Position numbers and translations under genes: made by a program | Assembly (NCBI GenBank): GCA_951406725.2 | Contig: OX597831.1 | Coordinates: forward strand, 9,300,001 to 9,364,000 | Source of the DNA: Octopus vulgaris | Lineage: Eukaryota | Direction of reading: 5' to 3' | Length of the DNA stretch: 64,000 nt | Part shown: piece by piece, positions 16,780 through 27,957 of the stretch | Layout of the letters: each line of letters begins with the position of its first letter | Position numbering within the stretch: position 1 is the stretch's first letter | The notes under the pieces: generated by a model | Told to the model about the DNA's origin: nothing | The model's database searches: none | Seen by the model: only the letters and a program-made list of their open reading frames with translations

Positions 16780-17470
16780 TAAAACTTTGATTTGAAGAAG
16801 CAATGAAGGATATAAATTTATTGTTAGTGACAAATAAATATTGGTATATAATATCCTTAATCATACTGTCACATTTTAAAGGTCACTAGTTGATAACAGT
16901 ATTTACACCTGCTCGTATATATTAGTCAGAGTTTTCTAAGTTTACTGACACTGGATGTATTATAAATTAAATATGGTCGGCCACATTTGGGTTTAACGTA
17001 GTCAAAAATTGCACTCCTAAGTTCTATAAAAAATTATTTGCTGATCGAATAAATCAGCAAATATTTTCTATAGAACAATCTCTGAAGTTAGCAAACACTT
17101 TACCCCTGTTGGGGGTAATTAAATGATTTGAACCGATTCTTGGTAAAGCAGGAAATAATTTCCTGAGTTCGACACATGAGATTATTATTCCTTGACCATG
17201 TACTGGTGATGACCATTTCACTAAATATGACATTATAACAGAGAAAGAAACTGAAATCATACTTCATACTCATAAAACGGCCATCAATTATAATGTAAGA
17301 ATAAGATATACAAGACATTTTCGTTATTGGTATGAGTGTCGGGCAATGAGATGAATTTGTCGGATATGGTGTTGTGTGTATAATAAAAACCCGCTGTTCT
17401 GATTATCGCAAAGACAGGCTTTGACTAGAGTCCGATGTCAATTCTCGGTTAAATTGATAGAGGTGGGGGG
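16780..17470 (+). pseudogene. Decayed Penelope-like reverse transcriptase fragment (N-terminal half)
   Basis: VIK*FEPILGK...F..FDT*DYYS and TKYDIITEKETEIILHTHKTAINYN resemble the PLE RT pattern VI.WF..I..K...F..FDI.DYYPSI...EII..RK. Confidence 0.55.
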
Positions 17471-17652
17471 AGAAAGATGAACGATTTAAAATAAATAAAT
17501 GATTTAAAATAAATATAGTATAATTGTTGTGTGAGAAAGTATATATACTATGATTATAAAATATAGTGTCTTTCAAAAACATCCTGAATTTGAACACTAT
17601 ATCTCGTGTTAAAGAAAAGACAAAACATTTTACATTTTATATTTTATGAGCA

Positions 17653-17930
17653 TCGTCACTTACTCTCTCTCTCTCTCCCTCTCTCACTTTGTCTTTCCCG
17701 TTAAACTCTCTGCTTCTCTTCCACTTTTCTTTATCTTGTTTTTTATTGTTAGACGCCGTCAGAAAGCTATGGCTGAAAATAGATTTTTATGAACGTCGTC
17801 ACTTACTCTCTCTCCCTCTCTCACTTTGTCTTTCCCGTGAAACTCTCTGCCTCTCTTCTTCCACTTTTCTTTATCTTGTTTTTTTTTTGTTAGACGCCGT
17901 CAAAAAGATATGGCTGAAAATAGATTTTTA
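17653..17930 (+). repeat. Tandem ~140-bp direct repeat, pLTR-like
   Basis: Two copies of tcgtcacttactctc...agacgccgtcagaaagctatggctgaaaatagatttt; shares ctttgtctttcccgt.aaactctc with the 38360-38560 family. Confidence 0.75.
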
Positions 17931-18116
17931 CCGCTATCCGCGGGTGCCTCGGGAAAAAAATAAGTTGACAAAACCCAGATAGGATGTTGACGAATGTCCT
18001 CCTAAAATTTGAGCGACATGTGTGCTAATTTGTGGATGTGCATAAACTACAATCACGTACACACACACACACATCTTGCCGTATATATATACAGATATAT
18101 ATAAATATATATGTAT

Positions 18117-18245
18117 TCCCAACCACAAGGTTCTGGGTTCAGTACTATTGCGTGACACCTTAGGCAAGTGTCTGCTGCTATAGACTCGGGCCGACCAAAG
18201 ACTTGTGAGTATATCTGGTTGACGTAAACCGTAAGAAGCCCGTCT
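18117..18245 (+). mobile_element. SINE family B, 5' part
   Basis: aaccacaaggttctgggttcagt...accttaggcaagtgtc...ggccgaccaaag. Confidence 0.75.
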
Positions 18246-18459
18246 TATATATGTATATATATAATTATAGTATATTCTGTTAAGAACATAGTAGAATACA
18301 GTATAAAGCTCGCTCGTCCACTTTCACATTTAAACTGTGCTTTCCAGTAGTAGTATTATATGTATTTCTAGGTTTGCATTTGGGCATCTCTCGTGTGTGA
18401 ATACATAGTTGAAAAAATTGGAGTCAACAAGAAGGGTACGGTTGGACATTTATTTTTTA

Positions 18460-18565
18460 ATCACTACAATTGTTTGCACGCAACGTAGTTCATCAGATGT
18501 GAAGGGACTTGAGTAAGAAACTATTTCCCTGCAATATGAGGTCTAGTTGTGTTTCCTCAGGTGAT
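18460..18565 (-). ncRNA. Degenerate hammerhead ribozyme motif (PLE pLTR)
   Basis: Minus strand atcac-CTGAGGA-...-gc AAAC aatt GTA-gtgat; stem I and the palindromic stem III are intact, G12 is missing. Confidence 0.5.
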
Positions 18566-18947
18566 ATGTAAATATTGTCTCTGTAAATTTAAAATCCTCG
18601 GCTTCAAGAACATTCTATTTCTCTGTCGTGACCTTAATTTAGTGGTAGTCACAAAGCCTATTTACGTATTCAAAGTGCTTTGAATACGTAAATGTAGTGG
18701 GATGGTGATTCTCGTACCCTTAAAGTGGTTGCCGTTTTAAAGAGATTGATATTTTATTTCTTTATACTGTTGATTTGTTCTTCATGGTTGGTTACACATA
18801 TGATTCTCCTTAGCTGGCCTTTAAGATTCAACACTCGGACACATACACGCATATATCCGCGCGCGGTCACACACACACACACAACCACACACATATATAT
18901 ACATTCACATACATACACATATATAAAACCTACACACGCTCACATAT

Positions 18948-19250
18948 TGGGGGAAAATTTTTGGGGAAAATTTTCGGTGAAAATTTTCGGAAAATTTTTG
19001 GGTGAAATTTTCGGTAAAAATTTTCGAAAAAATTTTTGCTTAAAATTTTCGGTGAAAATTTTCGGAAATTTTTGGGTAAAATTTTCGGTAAAAATTTTCG
19101 AAAAATTGTTGGTGAAAATTTTTTGGGAAAATTTTCGGTGAAAATTTTCGAAAAATTTTTGGAGAAAATATTCGGTGAAAATTTTCGAAAAACTTTTGGG
19201 TAAAATTTTCGGTGAAAATTTTCGGAAAATCTTTGGGTAGAAAGTCCCAC
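18948..19250 (+). repeat. Minisatellite of (G)AAAATTTT(C/T)GG subunits, ~37-bp trimer
   Basis: Read directly; A/T centres are spaced 10-13 bp apart. Confidence 0.9.
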
Positions 19251-19269
19251 AAATTTCTCCCGGACATAG

Positions 19270-19650
19270 ATTTCTCTGTATCCGTAGAATTTGGTCTTCT
19301 TAAAGTAAATGATCTGAATGTTAGTTTTCTTACACTTGGTTCACTTTCAAGGTGTACAACAAAATATTAATTACGTCCATAGATATTCTAACCATTCGAG
19401 ATATAATAACCATAACCCGGAAAGCTTACTCAGAATTCCTCAACTTTTGGTTAATGTATAAGTTTTCCGCTGCATCTCTTAATATCAGAGAAAAGACCTA
19501 ACAAAGACTGTTTTTGAGAATAAAATCTATTTCCGGTCCTAATGAAAAGCATGCGAAATGAAATACTCCTGGTGTCCACTTGCTTTCAATATCAAATTGA
19601 TACACTCTTTGCTCAAATCTTTTAGGAGTTTATTTGGCAGCTTTTAAACT
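19270..19650 (+). pseudogene. Decayed Penelope-like RT, C-terminal half
   Basis: KVNDLNVSF...NINYVHRYSNHS matches the PLE pattern VNFLDV...YVH..SNHP; same strand as 16780-17470, so probably one interrupted element. Confidence 0.55.
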
Positions 19651-19916
19651 GTAAAAGAAAATATCAGCAGATGTTTAGTGGGATTAATTTTAAGCTTCCT
19701 CATTTAATTACTGAAATGTCTTTCAGCAATTAAGCAATTAAGCAATTATGCATACTGTAACTTAACGAAGCAAAACGAATTAGCAGGCCACACCAACCCA
19801 TTCAACAGACGTGGTATCAACGTGTGTTCTCTTGAAGCTAACTGCAAGATTAAGGGTATGGTTTAGTTATGTTTAGTGACCGCTAACAACAAATCATAAA
19901 CTTTTGTAGGTATAAT

Positions 19917-20106
19917 GTTTAGCGGTATTGCGCCTGCCGCTACGTTCTGAGTTCAAATTCCGCTGAGATCAACTTTGCCTTTCATCCTTTCGGGGTCGAT
20001 AAATAAAGTACCAGCTTTGCACTGAGGTCGATGTAATCAACTTAATTCCTTTGCCTGTCGTTGTTTGCCCGCTCTATGTTTAGCCCCTTGTGGGTAGTAA
20101 AGAAAT
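19917..20106 (+). mobile_element. SINE family A, 5'-truncated
   Basis: tacgttctgagttcaaattccgctgagatcaactttgcctttcatcctttcggggtcgataaataaagtaccag...gtagtaaagaaat. Confidence 0.85.
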
Positions 20107-20171
20107 ATATGTATATATATATGTCTATATATGTCTATATATATGTATATATATATGTCTATATATAATAT

Positions 20172-20438
20172 ATGTGGAAGCACTCCGTCGGTTACGACGA
20201 CGAGGGTTCCGGTTGATCCGAATGAGCGGAACAGCCTGCTCGTGAAATTAACGTGTAAGTGGCTGAGCACATCACAGACACATGTACCCTTAACGTAGTT
20301 CTCGGGGATATTCAGCGTGACACAGAGAGTGACAAGGCCGGCCCTTTGAAATACAGGTACAACAGAAACAGGAAGTAAGAGTGAGAGAAAGTCGTGGTGA
20401 AAGAGTAAAGCAGGGATCACCACTATCCCCTGCCGGAA

Positions 20439-20440
<2 letters not shown>
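20172..20440 (-). mobile_element. Chimeric SINE (family C body plus family D tail)
   Basis: 20370-20440 matches the body of 22220-22295; 20172-20360 matches the tail of 45240-45428. Confidence 0.75.
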
Positions 20441-20474
<34 letters not shown>

Positions 20475-20978
20475 GTATAGATGCAAGTATGTACATATAC
20501 GTATGTATATATGCATATATACTATTTATATTATTATATATATATTTGTGTGTGTGAGTGTGTATGAGTGTGTGTGCATAAATAAACACGCACACACATA
20601 GATATGTTCTGAATTTCTATTCTTATACTGCTGTTGTCAGTCCAGTGTACGACGGATAAGTCTTGCGCCGGAGCATCAAAATAATATCGGTTAAAATTAA
20701 TCTGAAATGAAATATTATTTCTATTTGTACGATTGAAATCAAACCACAGAGACATTGACATATCTCCCTGGGTGTCATATACGCCATTTTTCACCGACTC
20801 TTCTGTCGCTGGAAGTTTAACGCAGCCTTGAAGCAAATTTAATTAAAGGCAATAATCAAATCAGTTAAATAATAGAGGATATTTTACTTTGCTGCTCCGT
20901 GCAACACTGGAATCACGCAACCATTATTGGGTATTGGCGGAAATTTCCCAAAGACAATACAAGGCAGCAAGAAGACAT

Positions 20979-21034
<56 letters not shown>

Positions 21035-21082
21035 CCACTTATTTGTATCAAACAGCAAAAGTTTTACTTTCTTTATCGTCAT

Positions 21083-21825
21083 GACCACCACCACCACCAC
21101 CACCACCATCACCACCACCACTACACAACAGCGACAACCACGACCATCATCAACACCACCCCACCACCACCAAACCACCACCACTAACACCAAACCACCA
21201 CCAAACCACCACCACTACCACCAAACCACCACCACTAACACCAAACCACCACCACCACCACCACCAAACCTCCACCACTACCACCACCACTACCACCACC
21301 ACTACCACCAAACCACCACCACTAACACCAAACCACCACCAAACCACCACCACTACCACCACCACTACCACCAAACCACCACCACTAACACCAAACCACC
21401 ACCACCACCACCACCAAACCTCCACCACTACCACCACCACCACCACCACCACTAACACCAAACCACCACCAAACCACCACCACTACCACCACCACTACCA
21501 CCAAACCACCACCACTAACACCAAACCACCACCACCACCACCACCACCAAACCTCCACCACTACCACCACCACTACCACCACCACTACCACCAAACCACC
21601 ACCACTAACACCAAACCACCACCACTAACACCAAACCACCACCACCACCACCACCACTACCACCAAACCACCACCACTAACACCAAACCACCACCACCAC
21701 CACCACCAAACCACCACCACTAACACCAAACCACCACCACTACCACCACCACTACCACCAAACCAGCACCACTACCACCAAATCTCCCAACACTACCACC
21801 ACCAAACCACCACCACCACCAAAAT
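21083..21825 (+). repeat. (CCA)n-derived array with higher-order caccaccactaacaccaaac units
   Basis: Read directly. Confidence 0.9.
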
Positions 21826-22099
21826 TACAAGTATCGTTGCTGCCGCCGTCACGAGCATTGTACTGTCATTAACATAAGCGCCAGCATCCTCCACCGCCAA
21901 CATTAGACCACCAGCACCACTACCACCGCCACCACCACCACAACCAACAACAGCAACACCATCATCACCACCATCACCAGTAGCAACAGCACCAGCACCA
22001 CCACCGTCGACTCCTCCATCGCAGACAGCATTCTATTGCACTGCACAGTCAATGCTTCACATTTACAAGATCCACCGATACTTTATAAACAGCAGCAGC

Positions 22100-22490
22100 A
22101 GTGGAGGCACAATGGCCTAGTGGTTAGGGCAGCGGAATTGCGGTCGGAGGATCGCGATTTCGATTCCCAGACCGGGCGTTGTGTGTGTTTATTGAGCGAA
22201 AACACCTAAAGCTCCACGAGGCTCCGGCAGGTGGGGGTGGCGATCCCTGTTGTACTCTTTCGCTCCAACTTTCTCTCACTCTTTCTTCCTGTTTCTTGTC
22301 CCCGACTTCCTACGCAACCGCTGAGCCTGGATGAGCATTCATCCATCCGTCGATGCTCTCGGTGTCGGGGGTTGACCTGCTTTCTCTTCTGTGGGTCTTA
22401 CGAATAGCAAAGGACCACGTATCGGACTTCTCCCATCTTGCGAGCTCTGGGACGAAGACCGCTTCGCTCAACAGCAACAGCAACACCACC
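22100..22490 (+). mobile_element. tRNA-derived SINE family C, full length
   Basis: A-box tggcctagtgg, B-box gatttcgattccc, (CAA/CAG)n tail; inverted copy at 32835-33237. Confidence 0.85.
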
Positions 22491-23319
22491 AGCGTCATCA
22501 TCATCATCATTATGATTATCATCATTATCACAACTACATGAAGCAGGAGTCTTCTGAGCATCACCACCACCGTCAACATGGTGAACATCATAACCCCCAC
22601 CATCAATTCCTGCATTACCATCATCATCATCATCATCATCAACATAATCACAACAAGGGCCACCACCACCGCAACTACGAATTATCGCTTACTCACCCCC
22701 ACCACAACCACTACTGCTATTTGTAGCTCCCTTAACACTAGTCATTACTTCTTTTGGGGAGGTCCTCTCACCATCACCATAACCATCATCATCATCATCA
22801 TCATTATCATCAGCCACAAAAACTGCTACGAATTGTCACACTTCCACTCCCTCCTCCATTACTGGCGTTACTTATTTCAAGTCGTGGCTGTATCTCGGCA
22901 ACCATTTGTTGCGTGGCACATCCAGCATCGCTACCACCCTTAACCATCCACACTTCCGATTACTGCACATCCACCGTCACCACCACCATTTCGCCTCTGC
23001 CGCCGCCGCCACCGCCGCAGTCCCTTCCACCGCTGCCATCATTGTCTTCACAAGAACGGCCATCACCACCACCACCACTACAGCCGTTTCTACTACAATA
23101 AACGCCATCAATACAACACAGATACGTGACTTAGGGATAGATAATAAGAGAAGAGATCATTTATAGTCGCAGCTAATTTCCCGCATTAAACCTTAAACTA
23201 CCTATGAATGGTAATTTAATCTATAGATTAAATGTCTGACCAAAGTCATAGTATGGCAAACTATATTAACAAAAGAGAACATAAGTACAAAGAAATCTAT
23301 ACATAACATATATTTATAT

Positions 23320-23365
23320 AACAAACCGGTTTCACACTTGAAAGGTATTCAATATTTTCAGTGTT
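23320..23365 (-). ncRNA. Degenerate minimal hammerhead motif
   Basis: Minus strand aaca-CTGAAAA-tattgaatacctttcaagtgt-GAAAC cg GTT-tgtt; G8 changed to A. Confidence 0.5.
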
Positions 23366-23439
23366 TCGAATAGATTTATGTAACAAAGAGGAATGAAGAT
23401 GTAAAGAATAACTGGGCGACTACTGCATGCAGAGATGGA

Positions 23440-23965
23440 TTAGTCACCATAGATGAATTTTAATTTTATTTGAAACTAAACTAGTATGGTTATCTCGCTC
23501 GCCGTGGGGCTGTTATCTCCCCTGTCTGTGCATAGACATGTGCTTTCGCAGCTCTAAGGGTTTATAACTCTTAATTCTAGCAATTAGTGACAATTGAGTT
23601 TTTTCCTTTTGGTTTTATATAGCGTATAGCCATCTTCGTTATTTTATAATTTTCACATTATCATTTTGCTGAATTAGCCGCTGATTCATATGGTGAAGTC
23701 ATGAATTAACCAAAATAACCAGCGATAGAGTAGTCACCACTAAGGAGCTTATTAGGATTGAAACTACACTAGTACAGTGATATCGCTCGCTGTGGGGTGG
23801 TTATTTCCCCTGTCAGTGCATATACATTTGCCTCTTTGCATCTCTAAGTGTTTTTTTAACTTTTATATTTAGCAACGTAGGTGCTACCTGCAGCGTCAGT
23901 TACAATTAGTGACAACTGAATATTTACTTTTTCGTTTTATATTGTGTATATCCACTTTCCTTATC
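23440..23965 (+). repeat. Diverged direct repeat (~290-bp period)
   Basis: tagtcacca...gaaacta..tcgctcgc.gtgggg...cccctgtc.gtgcat occurs twice. Confidence 0.75.
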
Positions 23966-25732
23966 TATCAAAGTCATTGCTTAGGGTGTCACAGAAACAT
24001 ACGAAAATCTCCCTTATCTAAAATATATTCTACCGAGTTTTCAAGACCTATAAAATTACTTGTTTCCAAATGAAATATTTGTAGCGCGTTGAGGTGGAAA
24101 AAATCTTCCTTCATACATTTATGAATACTTTTGACGGTTATCTGTACGCCAGACTACATACAATTTTCCAATTAGATGCCAGATGAAATGTAATATTGTA
24201 TAAGTTTGGAAAATCTAACTGACGATAACATCTGGTTAATATTTGTATTATTGCTGTTCGTCCTTTTCAAGACTAAATTGCAAAGAACTCCGAAATTATT
24301 TAAGTTAACTGCATTACCTGATGGAAAATATTTCGATATAAGATTGTATGATTATATAAATTGGTGTGTGACTATAGACACTGCCCGTATGTATGTAAGT
24401 TACAAATGCTAGATGTAGATGAGCGATTGTGAGGAATATTCTCTGCGAGGCAGCTAGTATTCTAATGAAACAAAACTGTTAACTTTAGTCGTAAATTTTA
24501 TTTAGCTTATTAATTTCAATCATAAAATATTTTTAACAGAGGCCATAACACTGAATCGAATTACCCGGCTTCACCGTTGTTCATCAACTGTTTCTCTCGT
24601 TCTATTGATGTACAAAATTTGTATCATAAATAAAACTGCCGGCATTTTTGACGACACGAGTATGCTAATGATAAAATGACCACTAGGTATATGTAGCTGA
24701 ATGCAAAGTGCTTCACTGACCAATACCAAGCGTTGGCCAACATTGTCTTCTGAATCTTGAGTGCCCCTCGCCAGACGGAGACTGCGCCGTCGCACCGATT
24801 TCTTCTCTCTCAGAAGGTAATTCCTTTCATGCAGTAATTCCTTCCATTATCCGTTCTTCATGCGACCATCGATAACAAGCGAACGTACGGAACGTTAATT
24901 GCGTGAATGTGTCCGATCCTGAAGAATCTTTAAAGGACATGGATACGTCCCTTTTTCTGAAATAAACCAATAAATTAAAAGCAACAACAACGACGACAAC
25001 GACGATGACAACAGCAAAACCAGTTGTTTAATCAATGAATCACTTGGGAACGTGATCACGTACTTGCTTGTAATGCTATCATTATTCCAGTGATGTTTTT
25101 TCTAGTTCGGTTTTTCATAGCCACCTGCATTATGTATGTTAACACAAACTTAATGAGTTCCATACGAACAGCGTCTCTGAAATATTACTTCAACTAATCT
25201 CCAACAAAGCAAACACCGCTTGATTTGTTGTTATGTGTCATGTGAATTAACTCAACAAGACGAACAAATTATAAATTAACAACTAAGAGCGAATTCTGTT
25301 TTTTTTTTTTTTTTTTTTTTTTGAAAGAATAGAAACGATATTAAAAATCATGTCCATATAATCACTAATTCGGCTGAAATAAAAAAAGTGCCGAAGCAAA
25401 ACATCACGAGATGAATCGCATCTGAGGAAGAAAGGAGGAAACAGATGACTGTGGTGTAATTAGTATTGTGTTGCCAGCGGCCAACGCAAAGGATTCGTTC
25501 ACTGAAACTCGTTAGTGAGGTTGATTTTCTTTTACAGGCTCAACATATTGACTTCATGGATAGAATGTATCTGGTACAAACACACATATATACATACAAA
25601 CACACACACACATATATGTACACACACACACATATATATGTATACGTATATGTATATATATATGTGCATATATATGTATATACATATACATATGTATGCA
25701 TACGTATAGGTATATATATGTATATGTATATG

Positions 25733-25784
<52 letters not shown>

Positions 25785-25786
<2 letters not shown>

Positions 25787-26283
25787 TGATCAAAATAAAA
25801 ACATGATGCGAAGGATTCAGCGGTACATATGTTTCGGGCCTTTATTAGACAGATTTATAACAATGCATAATGTATGTCTGTGGCCTTCTTCATCCGCGCA
25901 CAACAGCTTCCACAAGGACATGTGTTACATCAAAAATTCTTGGTTGGGGATGCAAATCCTCCCATTCGCGTACGACATAATGCGGCAGCAGCATAGAATT
26001 GAAGCGATTTTTTTTTTTTTTTTTTTTTCCTCATCCTACATTGAGAGAAGAAAGAGATGGACGCTTCAATTCTATGCTGCTGCCGCATTATGTCGTACGC
26101 GAATGGGAGGATTTGCATCCCCAACCAAGAATTTTTGATGTAACACATGTCCTTGTGGAAGCTGTTGTGCGCGGCTGAAGAAGGCCACAAACATACATTA
26201 TGCATTGTTATAAATATGTCTAATAAAGGCCCGAAACATATGTACCGCTGAATCCTTCGCATCATGTTTTTATTTTGATCAAT
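25785..26283. mobile_element. Fold-back element: 222-bp inverted arms carrying hammerhead motifs (inverted PLE pLTRs)
   Basis: Arms 25785-26006 and 26062-26283 are reverse complements with 3 mismatches by eye; 55-bp spacer; abuts (TA)n. Confidence 0.9.
26171..26248 (+). ncRNA. Hammerhead ribozyme motif, core intact
   Basis: gcgg-CTGAAGA-aggcc...ggccc-GAAAC atat GTA-ccgc. Confidence 0.8.
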
Positions 26284-26349
26284 TACTCCACCACCTACAC
26301 CACCAAACGGTATACACAGGTGTTTATAATTATCAAGTACTCACCCCGA

Positions 26350-26406
<57 letters not shown>

Positions 26407-26414
26407 TGTTGCTC

Positions 26415-26633
26415 TTTAACTCTTTTACATATTTCAATCATTGAATGCGGCCATGTCGGAGCAACACCTTTCGTGGAAGAAATCGACCCCAGGAATTATT
26501 CTTTGTAAACCTGCTACTTATTCTATCGGCCTCGCTTGCTGAACCGGTACTTTTCGGGGAGATTAACACACCATCATCGGTTGTCAGGCGATAATGGGGG
26601 GAAGAACACAGAGACAAAGATACACACACATAA

Positions 26634-26726
<93 letters not shown>

Positions 26727-26909
26727 CACGACAGGCTTCTTTCAGTTTCCGTCTACGAAATCCACTCACAAGGCTTTGGTCGGCCCGAGGCTATAGTAGA
26801 TAATTCTTTATTTGAGTGATAGATAATTCAGGGTGCCACGCGGTGAGACTGAAACCGGAACGATGTGGTTGGGAAACAAGCCTCTTACTACAGAGCCTCG
26901 CCTGCACCT

Positions 26910-26910
<1 letters not shown>
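26415..26910 (-). mobile_element. SINE family B with internal (TA)n
   Basis: Reverse complement of the copy at 47278-47770. Confidence 0.85.
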
Positions 26911-26948
<38 letters not shown>

Positions 26949-27014
26949 TGTTTGTACCCCCATCGCTTGACAACCGATGATGGTGTGTTATATGTGCGCG
27001 CACACGCATATAAA

Positions 27015-27270
27015 AAAATGAGATGACAAAGGTATACAAAGCATATATTATGAACCTCATTAGCTTACAGCTTACAGCTGTTTCCGCTGCGGGAAGGATT
27101 CACAGTTGCGTGCCTGAGTAACAAATCATAGCTTCATCGGAGCTTCGAATATGCAGTGTTATAAGGTGTTTACTCAGGAACTCACATATGACCCCGCTGT
27201 ACTTTAGAACAGAAACAGCTTTAAGCTAATAATGTTTATAAAATAATTTATTCCTTTGTGATCTCATTTT
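27015..27270. mobile_element. Diverged fold-back pLTR with a hammerhead motif at 27069-27144 (-)
   Basis: Inverted arms aaaatgagatgacaaagg...agcttacagctgtttc and gaaacagctttaagct...cctttgtgatctcatttt; minus strand agct-CCGATGA-agct...agcg-GAAAC agct GTA-agct. Confidence 0.7.
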
Positions 27271-27728
27271 CTTGTTATCGCTCTGTACTTGACTTATACT
27301 TATGAATATCACTGCATATCATTCAAGCCTTCTGTCTGGGAAGTAAAGCCTAAATTCCTTCAGCCTCTCCCAGCAGCTTTTTTATTGCATCCAGTCAATC
27401 TACGTCGTGTTTGGCACCAGATTGCCTGAAGATCCCGAGACTTACTCATGATGAAGACCATTCTAAGACTTTTGTCTTACTGGCGGAGATATATGACTTG
27501 AGATGGAGGACTTACCGAACTAAAAGATTTTCCTGGAGCGACATGAAGTACATCAAAGTTGCAGCTACAATCATTGCATTGTTCAATCAAATGGAGTCGC
27601 TTGAAACGGTCGTACTGCATTACTACCTGATATCCTATTGCTTATTTTGATTTTATCCCCTTGCTTGGAGCTGTGCGGATAATACCAAACTGACTAGGTG
27701 CTCCAACTTAAGTACCTAATTCGACTGA

Positions 27729-27784
<56 letters not shown>

Positions 27785-27894
27785 TATATATATATAGGTA
27801 AAAACGGCAAGATAAAAGAAAGAGAGAGACCTCAATATTATGTAAATAGAGGAAATTTATCTGTAAAAAATGTGTGACAATTATTCGGTAGCCA

Positions 27895-27957
27895 AGATAA
27901 AACTCTGAGTTTCGGGTGCCGAGGTGAAAATCCACACCACCATCTCTTCGGTTATCT
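27895..27957 (-). ncRNA. Hammerhead motif with CCGAAGA core variant
   Basis: Minus strand agataa-CCGAAGA-gatgg...caccc-GAAAC tcaga GTT-ttatct; the element starts at a (TA)n tract near 27797. Confidence 0.65.

Noticed and set aside
22100-22180. tRNA gene
   Set aside because: A/B boxes are the head of a multi-copy SINE; no full cloverleaf or terminator
24624-24743. Signal-peptide-like small ORF MLANAWYWSVKHFAFSYIYLVVILSLAYSC
   Set aside because: Only 39 codons, with no good donor before the stop; at most a uORF
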